A stretch of DNA of 64,000 bases from Deltaproteobacteria bacterium (GTDB taxonomy: Bacteria > Desulfobacterota > Binatia > UBA9968). A model generated the notes under the pieces. The model did not search any database and had not been told where the DNA came from. It worked only from the letters and a program-made list of their open reading frames with translations. The first letter of the stretch is position 1, and every line of letters starts with the position of its first letter. The stretch covers positions 97 to 64,096 of the forward strand of contig JACPSE010000058.1 in assembly GCA_016193465.1 (NCBI GenBank), in the 5' to 3' direction. The position numbers and the translations under genes were made by a program. Below, piece by piece: positions 17,768-27,753 of this stretch.

Positions 17768-19174
17768 TTAAACATACTCCCGCACATCAACAATCTTGCC
17801 GTTCACGGCGGCTGCCGCGACCATCGCCGGGCTCATAAGAATCGTTCGGCCGCCCGGGCTTCCCTGCCGGCCGATGAAATTCCGGTTGGAAGAAGAGGCG
17901 CATATCTCCCTTCCCTTTAATTTGTCCGGATTCATGGCCAGACACATCGAGCAGCCAGCTTCCCTCCATTCAAAACCCGCCTCGGTAAAAATGCGGTCCA
18001 ACCCCTCCTTTTCCGCCAGGACCTTAACTGCCGCCGACCCCGGGACAACGAGCGCCCGTATAGCGGGGTGAACCTTTCTGCCCTTAGCTATTTTAGCGGC
18101 TGCGCGTAAATCACTTAGACGTGAGTTGGTGCACGAGCCGACGAAGGCCACATTGATCGGAGTTCCCAGAATAGGACTTCCGGGTTTCCAACCCATGTGC
18201 TCGTACGCCCGCTTTGCCCCTTCAGGGTCAGAGCATCGTTCCGGATCGGGAAGCTTCTCCAAAATACCTACGGCCTGCCCGGGGTTGATCCCCCAAGTCA
18301 CCGTCGGCTCAATCTCCGAAGCCTCCATGTCCACGACATCGTCATAGTGGGCATCGGGGTCTGAGGCGATCGAACTCCAGTAGGCAACGGCCCTTTCAAA
18401 GTCCTCGCCTTTGGGAACGAACTCTCTTCCTTTGAGAAACGCGAAAGTAATCTCGTCCGGATTCACGTACCCAACCAGGGCGCCCCCTTCGATGCTCATG
18501 TTGCAGATGGTCATCCGCTCCTCCATGCTCATTTTCTCAACAACCGAGCCGCCGTATTCGTAGGCAAACCCTTTTCCTCCACCTACACCCAACCTGCGGA
18601 TGATGAAAAGGATAATGTCTTTGGCATAAACCCCTGCTGAAAGGGCCCCATGTATATTGATTCTACGCACCTTGAGCTTGTCCATCGCCAGCGTCTGCGT
18701 TGCCAGGACGTCGCGGACCTGGCTTGTCCCAATGCCAAAGGCGAGTGTGCCGAACGCCCCGTGCGTGCTGGTATGGCTGTCTCCACAAGCCAGCGTCATC
18801 CCCGGCTGGGTCAAGCCGAGCTGGGGACCGATCACATGGACGATGCCTTGCCGGTCACTGTCGAGGCCGTAAAATTGAATCCCAAACTGGCCGGTATTCT
18901 TTTCCAGGGCTTGAGTTAACTCCTCAGCCTGGGAGTCGAGAAACGGGCGAGCCCGCATGTCCGTAGGCACTATATGATCAAGCGTGGCAAAGGTCCTCTC
19001 CGGAAAGGCAACCTTCAAACCTTTTTCCCGCAGCATGTCGAAGGCAGGAGCAGTGGTAATCTCGTGGATCAGATGGAGGCCGATAAAGATTTGCGTCTGG
19101 CCGGTGGGCAGTATGTCAACCGTGTGGGACTCCCAAACTTTGTCGTAAAGTGTCCGTCCTGAACCTTTTGCCAT
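17768..19174 (-). CDS. leuC: 3-isopropylmalate dehydratase large subunit
   Basis: [42 protein letters not shown]. Start placed at the ATG with an RBS (ORF track start is 19198). Confidence 0.97.
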   Translation of the reverse strand: MAKGSGRTLYDKVWESHTVDILPTGQTQIFIGLHLIHEITTAPAFDMLREKGLKVAFPERTFATLDHIVPTDMRARPFLDSQAEELTQALEKNTGQFGIQFYGLDSDRQGIVHVIGPQLGLTQPGMTLACGDSHTSTHGAFGTLAFGIGTSQVRDVLATQTLAMDKLKVRRINIHGALSAGVYAKDIILFIIRRLGVGGGKGFAYEYGGSVVEKMSMEERMTICNMSIEGGALVGYVNPDEITFAFLKGREFVPKGEDFERAVAYWSSIASDPDAHYDDVVDMEASEIEPTVTWGINPGQAVGILEKLPDPERCSDPEGAKRAYEHMGWKPGSPILGTPINVAFVGSCTNSRLSDLRAAAKIAKGRKVHPAIRALVVPGSAAVKVLAEKEGLDRIFTEAGFEWREAGCSMCLAMNPDKLKGREICASSSNRNFIGRQGSPGGRTILMSPAMVAAAAVNGKIVDVREYV

Positions 19175-19258
19175 TCTGAGATTCCCCCCCTGATGCAAAT
19201 CATATCTGCCCGTTCCGGCGAGTTCAAGGGCCTCTATTCCACCATTCCACGCCGCACG

Positions 19259-20428
19259 CTAGCGCTGCTGGCTCAGGAGGTCGTAGATAAGATAATAGAA
19301 CTTAACCATCGAGGGGAGATAGACCGTCAAGAACTCCTTAGGAGAAAAACTCTTGCGCGCAGGATCCACATGGGTAAACAGCTTGAGGATTGCAACGTGC
19401 ACCCTGCTCTGATCCTGCACGGCATCCGCCAGCCTGAGGCTCTCCGTATAGGGAATCAGAGGGTCCGTGCTCCCGTGACCGATCAGGAGATAGGCGCCGA
19501 TCGAAGGAAGCACGGGGGCGAGCGAGAGCTTTTCTAAATATTCCCGCACCCGTGGATCAACGCTCTGCATCAGATCGTCCACGCGCCGGGGGTCCTCATT
19601 TGTCAAAAGTTCGTAGAGCTTCCTGCCGGCTGGAGTCAACCGGCTGACAAGCGGAAAAATCTCGTTTTTCTTTTTTTCCTCTTCCTTTGTGAAAATCTCT
19701 CTGAGGAGTCTCCGATCCCGCTCGTTTTGAACGTAATCCACGTTGTTCATAAAAAAGACCCATTTGCCGTAAGGCTCCGGCTTTAGGAAACCCTTCTCAT
19801 CGCGGTACTCGTAGTGACCAGTCGTGATAAAGCGGATGACGTTGATGGGATCATAGTAGCCGCCGAAGGAAACCAGAAACTTGACTTGATGGCGAAGTGA
19901 GGGATGCCCGGCCGCCATGAACGTAGGTCCGGCGCCGTAACTAAAACCCAGCAGCCCCATCTTGCTTTCATCCACTATCTCTTTCCTGGAAGCCAGGTAA
20001 AGAAATGAGGCAACGATGTCATCCACATCGCTGAACAGGATCCGAAAGGACTTCATGCCTTTAAGCTCAGGGACCAGCACTACAAAACCAGAACGCGCCA
20101 GGGAGCGCGCGAAGCGAATCAGCCGAGGATCATCTTTGCCCGCCTCTATGATCCCGTGTGTGAGGAGTATAGCAGCCCGCCTTTTGCCGTCCGGCACGCG
20201 GTACAGGTCCGCGGGGATCTGTTCGTCCCCTGTGGAAATCTGCACCCGCTCTGCTACGGGAACTGGCGTGACCCACGCCAGCGCCCCGTGATCGGGCTCA
20301 TGAACGGTTTTCTCGTCCAGAATATCGCGTAAAAACAGAGCAGTGACCGTCCCCAGCCGGATCTGAGGGAAAAAGACGACGAAGAGCAAAAGCAGGCAGC
20401 CGAGGATAAAAGAGAGCTTTCTTTTCAT
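19259..20428 (-). CDS. membrane-anchored alpha/beta hydrolase
   Basis: N-terminal TM, GFSYG nucleophile elbow, HGSTDPLIP. Confidence 0.85.
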   Translation of the reverse strand: MKRKLSFILGCLLLLFVVFFPQIRLGTVTALFLRDILDEKTVHEPDHGALAWVTPVPVAERVQISTGDEQIPADLYRVPDGKRRAAILLTHGIIEAGKDDPRLIRFARSLARSGFVVLVPELKGMKSFRILFSDVDDIVASFLYLASRKEIVDESKMGLLGFSYGAGPTFMAAGHPSLRHQVKFLVSFGGYYDPINVIRFITTGHYEYRDEKGFLKPEPYGKWVFFMNNVDYVQNERDRRLLREIFTKEEEKKKNEIFPLVSRLTPAGRKLYELLTNEDPRRVDDLMQSVDPRVREYLEKLSLAPVLPSIGAYLLIGHGSTDPLIPYTESLRLADAVQDQSRVHVAILKLFTHVDPARKSFSPKEFLTVYLPSMVKFYYLIYDLLSQQR

Positions 20429-20492
20429 GCCTTTTGCCTTTTTTTCTGTTGCCTGTTGTCTCTCGCCTGTCGCCTTCTTATCGTTGCCTTTT

Positions 20493-21224
20493 TTAGTATT
20501 TTACTTCCACCAGAAACAGCCCATGGGGCGGCGCCGTCGGACCCGCCAGCCGTCTATCCTCAGCCTTCAGGAGGTCGGCAAAATCTGCGGCGCTTCTTTC
20601 TCTTCTTCCCACTTCCACAAGTGTCCCCACGATGTTGCGCACCATATGCCTGAGAAAAGCGGTCGCTTCCACAGTGTAAACCAGAAACCCATCCTTCGGG
20701 CTCAAGGAATTGTGAAAAATCTTCCTTACAGCATGCTCAGCATCGCATCCGGCAGCTTGAAAGGAGCCGAAATCATGCTCTCCTTCTAGAGATTGAATTG
20801 CCTCCTGCATGGAGAGGAGATCCAGCCGGTCGCGTATATGCCAGGAAAAGCGGCGGTAAAAAGCCGATGGGATCGGATGGTTCCATATTCTGTACTGGTA
20901 CACCCGGCTCTTAGCGTCTCGCCGCGCATCGAAAGAGTCCGCTACCAGTTCGACCTGTTTTACCACGATGTCCTGCGGAGTCAGGGCATTAAGCCCCTTT
21001 TGCAGCAGGCCAACATCAAGATCGCCCGCATAAATAAAATTGGCAACTTGACCCAGAGCATGGACTCCGGCATCCGTACGGCCCGATCCGTTGAGTCGAG
21101 TCTTCACCCCGAGGATCTTCTCCAACGCCCGCTCCAAAACCTCTTGGATTGTCTGACCGTTCGGCTGAACCTGCCAACCGTGATAATTAGTCCCGTCATA
21201 TTCGATGGTTAGCTTGATATTCAT
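20493..21224 (-). CDS. truA: tRNA pseudouridine(38-40) synthase
   Basis: YDGTNYHGWQ, GRTDAGVHA, FLRHMVR, TAPPHGL. Confidence 0.97.
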   Translation of the reverse strand: MNIKLTIEYDGTNYHGWQVQPNGQTIQEVLERALEKILGVKTRLNGSGRTDAGVHALGQVANFIYAGDLDVGLLQKGLNALTPQDIVVKQVELVADSFDARRDAKSRVYQYRIWNHPIPSAFYRRFSWHIRDRLDLLSMQEAIQSLEGEHDFGSFQAAGCDAEHAVRKIFHNSLSPKDGFLVYTVEATAFLRHMVRNIVGTLVEVGRRERSAADFADLLKAEDRRLAGPTAPPHGLFLVEVKY

Positions 21225-21270
21225 GATAACTGCGGTGGCTCGTGCTCGTAGCTCGTGTTCGTCCTATGGG

Positions 21271-21438
21271 TCAGATCCCGCCGTACTCCTTAACGGGATC
21301 GTCGTAGTAGTTGGGCAGGTACATGTGATTGTAGACGGTGTAGCTCTTGCAGCCGTAGCGCTGCGTGGCTTCGAAATACGGCGACCTTCGTATCCGCGCC
21401 CCCCGCGCGATGGTCCCGATGTCGAAGGCTTCACTCAT
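21271..21438 (-). pseudogene. 5' fragment (55 aa) of a GcvT/DmdA-like aminomethyltransferase gene
   Basis: Manual translation MSEAFDIGTIARGARIRRSPYFEATQRYGCKSYTVYNHMYLPNYYDDPVKEYGGI*. The YTVYNHMxLP motif is typical of DmdA-like N-termini. Confidence 0.7.
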
Positions 21439-21677
21439 CAGCTTCTATTTACCTGAAACGGGCAATGCTTGCCAAGCCTTTGGCAGCCATAATGGGATTA
21501 TGCCGACCACCCAAGCGGCCTTTTACAACCGTTACGGACGTTCAAAATGCTTGACAAGTTCTTGGAAAGGCAAGACCATCACCGTTATTTGTGAAATCAG
21601 GACTGTCAATCGGCCTTGGAAATGACACAAAAGGTTGTTTCAAAGATAGACACAACGTACAATCAGCCAGTGGAAAG

Positions 21678-22670
21678 ATGCAGATACTGTTAGCAGCAAT
21701 GATGTTAGTAGGTTTGTTCGCAGCGGGCTGCGTCCAAGCGGTCGCGCCGCATGCCGAGCTTGAGAAGCTTCCCATCATCGACAGCCATGGGCATCTTAAC
21801 GGAGACATCTCAGCCGAAACACTTATCGCCCTCATGGACCGGTCTGGGGTCAGCCGCATGGTTTTAATGGCAAGGTATTATGCCTCAGCCTATTCTGCCG
21901 GCTCGGGCAGCGATGAGCAGGCCTTGGACTACAGTAGAAAGTACCCGGGACGATTCATCCCGTTTGTAGCAGGACAGCGAGGAAGCCTGGGGCAAAAAAA
22001 CCGGTCTCGCTGGCTTAAACCAGATGGTGTTGCTGAAAACCTGCTTTTGGAAACCGAGCAAAAGCTGCGCTCAGGGGAGTTTTATGGACTGGGAGAGTTC
22101 ATCATCCGTCACTATGACTATCAGGCGCACGGCCAAGGAGGCAGCGAATTGAATATCCCCGTGGATACCCCTTTGATGCGCCGCTTCGCGGCGCTTGCGG
22201 AAAAGTTCCGAGTGCCCCTGCTCCTTCACGCTGAAGGCGAGCCCGAGGTCGTCAAGGGGATGAGAAGCTTGCTCGAATACAACCCGAAAGCGAAGGTTAT
22301 CTGGGCCCATAACTGCGGGCGGAGCTCCGCCGAGATCATAGGCCAAATGCTTACGAGATATACGAACCTCTTTTGCGACCTGGGAGGAATGCTGAATGCT
22401 TCCTTTGCGGGCTACGGCAGATACTGGCCTAGAGCAACCCAATGGATGCATCTTATTGAGGACGGATCAGGGCAACTCTATCCTGAGATGCAAGCGCTTT
22501 ATGAGCGTTTCCCTGATCGTTTCCTGATCGGGACCGATCCAGCTCACACACCGGCCTTAGCCCAATACGAGAAGCGCATCCATCGGTTCCGCCAACTTCT
22601 CTCTAACCTTGGGCCTGAAACCGCGCAGCGCCTAGCCTTTAAGAACGCAGAGGCGCTATTTAGAAGGTAA
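21678..22670 (+). CDS. amidohydrolase-family (TIM-barrel metal hydrolase) lipoprotein
   Basis: Lipobox LFAAG-C, IIDSHGH, GLGE, LLLHAE, IWAH, FLIGTD, NAEALF. Confidence 0.88.
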   Translation: MQILLAAMMLVGLFAAGCVQAVAPHAELEKLPIIDSHGHLNGDISAETLIALMDRSGVSRMVLMARYYASAYSAGSGSDEQALDYSRKYPGRFIPFVAGQRGSLGQKNRSRWLKPDGVAENLLLETEQKLRSGEFYGLGEFIIRHYDYQAHGQGGSELNIPVDTPLMRRFAALAEKFRVPLLLHAEGEPEVVKGMRSLLEYNPKAKVIWAHNCGRSSAEIIGQMLTRYTNLFCDLGGMLNASFAGYGRYWPRATQWMHLIEDGSGQLYPEMQALYERFPDRFLIGTDPAHTPALAQYEKRIHRFRQLLSNLGPETAQRLAFKNAEALFRR

Positions 22671-22675
22671 AATTT

Positions 22676-22723
22676 CTACAGGTGATCCCTAATCAAGATC
22701 TCGGCGATCTGGACCGCATTCAA
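22676..22723 (-). repeat. duplicate of the last 16 codons of asd (LNAVQIAEILIRDHL*)
   Basis: Matches 23851-23898; the only differences are GTC/GTT, GCC/GCT, AGG/AGA and TAG/TAA. Confidence 0.92.
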
Positions 22724-22876
22724 CGTCGAGGAAGCGGGGACAGGTCTTGCATTCACACATTGTCGTAATGCAAGACCCACCCCATAAATGCGCACCGTAA
22801 TGTTCATCTGGACAACGATAGCCCACCGGGGTATTATTCGGCCAGGGTTTTCGATATTATCTAACTGAGGTCCAGC

Positions 22877-23101
22877 ATGGAGCGCGCTCCAATTTCCGAA
22901 CCGCCGGGTTTCAGTAATCTCTCCAAAGCGGAGCAGATCCGGTACTTGCAAGCGCTTTGGGACCATATCTCAGAAAATCCGAGCGAGGTTCCGGTCCCCG
23001 AGAGTCACGTCGAGCTTGCCGAGCAACGCCTTGCGGAGTATCAGCGCGATCCGAAAAAAGCCCGTCCCGCCCATGATGTTCTCGACCGCCTGCGTGGTTG
23101 A
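22877..23101 (+). CDS. putative addiction module antitoxin component (orphan)
   Basis: LSKAEQIRYLQALWD..VPESHVELAEQRLAEYQRDP pattern typical of ParE-associated addiction module proteins. Confidence 0.75.
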   Translation: MERAPISEPPGFSNLSKAEQIRYLQALWDHISENPSEVPVPESHVELAEQRLAEYQRDPKKARPAHDVLDRLRG

Positions 23102-23131
23102 TCTAGCGACCTAAAAGCGTTGAGACTAATT

Positions 23132-23542
23132 TTATCTGCGAGCAGGGGGGACGAGACGGTAACCGGCCTCTGCGAAATGCGGGTCCAGGGCAAGCACATC
23201 ACGAAGACCCTGCGCGCGCATGAATTCCAGGCTCACGCAGTCCACAAGGCTCAGCCGTCGGCGATCCTCCCGCAGCAGCCGCTCAGTCGCCTTCCGGTGG
23301 AGAGCCTCGGAGACCCACTCGACGGACATCACGGGCACGAGGTGACCCACAAAGTCACGAACCGGCGCGAGACCGAGGCGGTGCTGGAGGAGGGCAACTG
23401 TCTCCACGATGACATACGATGTAGTCCAGAGGGTACGTCCTCCTTCCAGGGCTTCACGAAAGGCTCGGAAAACCTCGGCGTGCCTGTCCTCGCTTCGGAC
23501 CAGCAGCGCATAGAGCCCTGAAGTATCGAGAAAGAGACTCAA
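23132..23542 (-). CDS. vapC: PIN-domain toxin (VapC family)
   Basis: LFLDTSGLYA, VIVET, LSLVDCVS, LDPHF. Confidence 0.92.
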   Translation of the reverse strand: MSLFLDTSGLYALLVRSEDRHAEVFRAFREALEGGRTLWTTSYVIVETVALLQHRLGLAPVRDFVGHLVPVMSVEWVSEALHRKATERLLREDRRRLSLVDCVSLEFMRAQGLRDVLALDPHFAEAGYRLVPPARR

Positions 23543-23796
23543 CGGCGGTAAGCCTCGGCGAGATGGCGATCATGGTTGACAGCAATGCGAGAAGGCCGCT
23601 CCCGATCACTGTATTTCCCGCACACTGCCAGCGCCGAGCGCATCAAATCCTCGCGGGTGGGGGCTGTTTCATCTACACTCAGGCGCTCGCTCACGCAGCG
23701 CCGCACCGCTTCGGCAAGGGATACACCGAGTCTCCGTGCCCAGCGCCGCAGCCGGCGGTACTGCTCCTCAGGTAGCTGTATCTGCGTACGCACCAT
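23539..23796 (-). CDS. ribbon-helix-helix antitoxin (CopG/VapB)
   Basis: MVRTQIQL..GVSLAEAVRR..HDRHL; overlaps the toxin start. Confidence 0.88.
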   Translation of the reverse strand: MVRTQIQLPEEQYRRLRRWARRLGVSLAEAVRRCVSERLSVDETAPTREDLMRSALAVCGKYSDRERPSRIAVNHDRHLAEAYRR

Positions 23797-23850
23797 GATG
23801 TAATGATTTATACATCCTTTGGCCGGGAGGTCAAGATACCTGGTGCCTGC

Positions 23851-24873
23851 TTACAGGTGATCTCTAATCAAGATCTCAGCGATCTGAACCGCATTCAAGG
23901 CGGCGCCCTTGCGCAAGTTGTCCGCAACGACCCAGAGATTGATCCCGTTGGGCACGGAATCATCCTCGCGTATCCTGCCTACCAGAGTCTCATCCTTGCC
24001 GACAGCATCGATCGCCATAGGATAGATATTTTTCTCGGGCTCATCGCAAAGCAGGACCCCCGGCGCCTCGCGCAAGATGGCCTTAACATCTTTGGCCGTG
24101 AGCTTCTTTTCCGTCTCGATATTGACCGATTCGGAGTGGCCGCAGAAGACCGGCACCCGCACCGTAGTGGCTGTCATTCGAAGCGAAGGCTCCCCAAGAA
24201 TCTTGCGGGTCTCGTTGATCATTTTGAGCTCTTCCTTGGTGTAGCCGCCGTCCAGAAAGACATCAATGTGGGGAATACAGTTGAAGGCGATCTGGTGCGG
24301 GAACTTCCTTTTTTTGATCTCTCTCCCGTTGAAAAGAGCGCTGACCTGCTGGCTCAACTCTTCCATCGCCATCCGTCCGGCCCCTGAGACCGACTGATAG
24401 GTGGAGACCACTACGCGCCTGATCCGCGCCGCATCGTGGATGGGTTTTAAGGCCACGACCATCTGGATGGTTGAGCAATTTGGGTTCGCGATAATGCCGC
24501 GATTCTTATAGCGGGCAATTTCCTGCGCATTGACCTCCGGGACGACCAAAGGGACATCTGGCTCCATGCGGAAGTGAGCCGTGTTATCCACCACCACGCT
24601 GCCGGCAGCCACGGCGATCGGGGCAAACTTCGCGCTCACGCTTCCTCCAGCAGAAAACAAGGCGATGTCTACACCTTGGAACGAATACTCTTTGAGCACC
24701 TCAACACGAATCTGCTTGCCGCGAAACTCGAGGAACTGCCCGGCCGACCGTTCCGAAGCCAGGAGACGAAGCTCGCCAACAGGGAAGAGCCTTTCTTCAA
24801 GGACCTCCCGCATCTGCTCGCCCACCGCCCCGGTGGCGCCTACCACCGCGACATTGTATTTTTCTTTCTTCAT
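23851..24873 (-). CDS. asd: aspartate-semialdehyde dehydrogenase
   Basis: VGATGAVG, IANPNCST, STYQSVSGAG, RVPVFCGHSE, DNLRKGAALN. Confidence 0.98.
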   Translation of the reverse strand: MKKEKYNVAVVGATGAVGEQMREVLEERLFPVGELRLLASERSAGQFLEFRGKQIRVEVLKEYSFQGVDIALFSAGGSVSAKFAPIAVAAGSVVVDNTAHFRMEPDVPLVVPEVNAQEIARYKNRGIIANPNCSTIQMVVALKPIHDAARIRRVVVSTYQSVSGAGRMAMEELSQQVSALFNGREIKKRKFPHQIAFNCIPHIDVFLDGGYTKEELKMINETRKILGEPSLRMTATTVRVPVFCGHSESVNIETEKKLTAKDVKAILREAPGVLLCDEPEKNIYPMAIDAVGKDETLVGRIREDDSVPNGINLWVVADNLRKGAALNAVQIAEILIRDHL

Positions 24874-24887
24874 CTCCCTTTATCCCT

Positions 24888-24939
24888 TGTACGGGCGTAT
24901 TGCTATACGTGTACGGGCGTATTGCTATACGCCCCTACA
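24888..24939 (-). repeat. GTAG-type REP-like palindrome with a 22 bp tandem partial duplication
   Basis: Minus strand: tGTAGGGGCGTATAGCAATACGCCCGTACA-CGTATAGCAATACGCCCGTACA; overlaps the leuB stop. Confidence 0.75.
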
Positions 24940-26023
24940 TCCCTTTATCTATCTTTTCCCTGACCAGCCTTCCCATCTCTTTGCAGCCAACAAGACGACA
25001 CCCTTTCTCTTGGATGTCTGCGGTCCGGTACCCCTCGTCCAGCGCGGCCTCCACCGCCCTTTCTATGCGGTCGGCAGCCTTACTTTGGTCGAGAGAATGG
25101 CGCAGCATCAGAGCCACCGTCAGGATCGTCGCCAGCGGATTAGCCATGTTTTTACCCACAATATCCGGCGCGGTCCCATGGACCGGCTCGTACATCCCTA
25201 CCTTTCCTCCGAGACTGGCCGAAGGCAGCATGCCAATGGAGCCGGTGAGCATCGCCGCTTCATCGCTCAAGATATCGCCAAACAGGTTGGTCGTGACGAT
25301 GACATCGAACTGCTTGGGATTACGAACGAGCTGCATGGCGCAGTTATCCACGAGCATGTGTTCGAGCGCAATATCTCCATAGCCATTCTCTTTATGGAAC
25401 CGGGTCACAACCTTGCGCCAAAGCTCGGTGGCCTCAAGAACGTTGGCCTTATCCACTGAAGCAACCTTTTTCCGCCTTCTACGAGCCGCTTCGAACGCCA
25501 CGCGGGCGATGCGCTCGATCTCCGGGGTAGTGTAGACCTCGGTATTCACCCCTCTTTCGGTGCCGTCAGGGAGCTTCGTGACTCCCTTCGGCTGCCCAAA
25601 ATAGATCCCTCCGATAAGCTCTCGCACGACCAGGAGATCAGTCCCCTCCACCACCTCGCGCCTTAAAGTCGAGGCCGAGGCCAATGGCGAAAAGACCTTC
25701 ACCGGGCGGAGATTGGCGAAGAGCCCTAATTCCTGGCGCAAGGCCAACAGGGCCCGCTCAGGGCGTATGGAGTAATCCAAGCCATCCCACTTTGGCCCTC
25801 CCATAGCGCCGAGAAGCACCGCATCGCCCCCTTTGGCCAATTTGAGAACCGGGTCAGTAAGCGGTTTCCCATAGGCATCAATAGAAGCCCCACCCACCAG
25901 GCCCTCTTCGAACTCGACCCCAAATCCGTACAGCGAAGCTACCTGACTTAGGAGCTGGGTCCCCTCCCGGACCACCTCCGGGCCGATTCCATCTCCCGGC
26001 AGTACTGCAATTTTGTAACTCAA
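24935..26023 (-). CDS. leuB: 3-isopropylmalate dehydrogenase
   Basis: GDGIGPE, LFANLRP, VDKANVL, NLFGDILSD, YEPVHGTAPDI. Confidence 0.98.
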   Translation of the reverse strand: MSYKIAVLPGDGIGPEVVREGTQLLSQVASLYGFGVEFEEGLVGGASIDAYGKPLTDPVLKLAKGGDAVLLGAMGGPKWDGLDYSIRPERALLALRQELGLFANLRPVKVFSPLASASTLRREVVEGTDLLVVRELIGGIYFGQPKGVTKLPDGTERGVNTEVYTTPEIERIARVAFEAARRRRKKVASVDKANVLEATELWRKVVTRFHKENGYGDIALEHMLVDNCAMQLVRNPKQFDVIVTTNLFGDILSDEAAMLTGSIGMLPSASLGGKVGMYEPVHGTAPDIVGKNMANPLATILTVALMLRHSLDQSKAADRIERAVEAALDEGYRTADIQEKGCRLVGCKEMGRLVREKIDKGM

Positions 26024-26046
26024 CTTAACACCTCTTACGTTCCGTG

Positions 26047-26105
26047 GCTCGCCGCTCGTTGCTCGTGCTCGTGACGAACACGAGTCACGCTCACGAACAC
26101 GAACC
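26047..26105. repeat. palindrome of GCTCGT / ACGAAC short repeats
   Basis: gctcgccgctcgttgctcgtgctcgt-g-acgaacacgagtcacgctcacgaacacgaac; a related half-site lies at 21238-21262. Confidence 0.7.
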
Positions 26106-26108
26106 GGT

Positions 26109-27677
26109 TCATGGCCCCTCCCTCTCCACCAATTGCCGATAGTGCTTTCGATACTCCAGCTTGTTAAGAGCGTTAATGTAAGCGAGCGCGCTGGCCGTGA
26201 TGATGTCCGTATGCGCCCCTTGCCCCGAGACCCGGATGCCCCCGTCCTCGATCAAGCAGGAGACCTCTCCCTGGGCATCGGCTCCGCCGGTGATCGCCTT
26301 GACCGAGTAACGGACCAGTTTTGAGCGCGAGCCGGTTATTTTAGAGATCGCCTTATAGCAAGCGTCCACCACTCCGTCTCCCGTGGCATGGTCCGTGCGC
26401 TCCTGACCATCCACGCGCAGCTTCACGCTTGCCGACGGTATGGCATTGGAACTGGAATTCACATTAAGGTAAAGGAGCTCGAAGCGATCGGGCTGCCCGG
26501 GAAGCCTGAGGATCTCCTCAGCCACGATCGCTTCAATGTCTTCATCGTAAACCTCTTTCTTCTTATCCGCCAACTCCTTGAAGCGGAGAAAGGCGCGATT
26601 CATATCTTCCTTATTGAGATTCAAACCCAACTCCCTGAGCCGCTCACTAAAAGCATGACGCCCGGAATGCTTTCCCATGACCAACCGGTTGCCGGTAATC
26701 CCGACGGACTCCGGGGTCATGATCTCGTAGGTGAGTTTTTGCTTGAGGACACCGTCCTGATGGATGCCCGCCTCATGGGCAAAGGCATTGTCCCCCACAA
26801 TCGGTTTATTGATTGGAATGGAAATACCGGTGATCTGAGAAACCAAGCGACAAGTCGGGTAAATCTGTTCGCTCACGATGTTGGTATCAACGCCAAAGAG
26901 GTTTTTCCTGGTCTTGATGGCCATGACGACTTCTTCGAGAGAGGTATTACCCGCACGCTCTCCGATGCCATTGATCGTGCACTCAACCTGTCTGGCGCCG
27001 TTCGCCACTGCGGCCAAAGAGTTGGCAGTCGCCAGACCTAAGTCATTATGACAGTGAGCGCTCCAAGTGGCCCGCTTTCCGCCCTCGGTGTGCTCAACGA
27101 GATAGCGTACCAGAGAACCGAACTCCGAGGGAATCGCGTAACCCGTGGTGTCTGGGACATTTAGGGTCTTGGCCCCGGCGCGAACCACCTCACTGAAAAC
27201 CTGCGCGAGAAAATCCCGATCGCTGCGCGAGGCGTCTTCCGCCGAAAACTCGATATAGTCGATATGCTTCTTCGCATAGCTCACGGCCCAGACCGCAGCG
27301 TCCAGGACTTCGTTGCGGGACATCCTGAGTTTGTGCTTCATATGGATATCCGAGGTGGCAATAAAGATGTGGATCCCCGGATGCCTAGCCTGCTCCACCG
27401 CCTTTAAAGCCCTTTTGATATCACCATCCTGAGCCCGTGCCAGACTTACTACCCTGGAACGCTTGACCTCTTTGGAGATACGCTCGACGGACTCAAAATC
27501 TCCCTCGGAGGAAGCCGCAAATCCGCCTTCGATCACATCCACGCCAAGCTTTTCCAGTTGGCGCGCGATCACGACCTTTTCCTCGACATTCATGCTCGCA
27601 CCCGGAGATTGCTCTCCATCTCTGAGCGTCGTATCAAAAATCCTTACGGTATTGTCCTCTGTGACTTTCTCTGACAT
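26109..27677 (-). CDS. leuA: 2-isopropylmalate synthase
   Basis: [35 protein letters not shown]-terminal regulatory domain; GGAGG RBS before ATG 27677. Confidence 0.98.
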   Translation of the reverse strand: MSEKVTEDNTVRIFDTTLRDGEQSPGASMNVEEKVVIARQLEKLGVDVIEGGFAASSEGDFESVERISKEVKRSRVVSLARAQDGDIKRALKAVEQARHPGIHIFIATSDIHMKHKLRMSRNEVLDAAVWAVSYAKKHIDYIEFSAEDASRSDRDFLAQVFSEVVRAGAKTLNVPDTTGYAIPSEFGSLVRYLVEHTEGGKRATWSAHCHNDLGLATANSLAAVANGARQVECTINGIGERAGNTSLEEVVMAIKTRKNLFGVDTNIVSEQIYPTCRLVSQITGISIPINKPIVGDNAFAHEAGIHQDGVLKQKLTYEIMTPESVGITGNRLVMGKHSGRHAFSERLRELGLNLNKEDMNRAFLRFKELADKKKEVYDEDIEAIVAEEILRLPGQPDRFELLYLNVNSSSNAIPSASVKLRVDGQERTDHATGDGVVDACYKAISKITGSRSKLVRYSVKAITGGADAQGEVSCLIEDGGIRVSGQGAHTDIITASALAYINALNKLEYRKHYRQLVEREGP

Positions 27678-27692
27678 GGAACCATCCTCCAT

Positions 27693-27727
27693 AAAACAAA
27701 AACTCCCGCGGCACGGCCTACGGGAGC
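27693..27727 (-). terminator. intrinsic terminator-like hairpin directly upstream of leuA
   Basis: gctcccgtaggc-cgt-gccgcgggagt followed by ttttgtttt. Confidence 0.7.
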
Positions 27728-27753
27728 ATCAACTGACTTTCTAGAAGGAGGAG

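Noticed and set aside
22676-22966. 96 aa minus-strand ORF ending like Asd
   Set aside because: A chance open frame running into the duplicated asd tail; it overlaps the addiction-module gene on the other strand.
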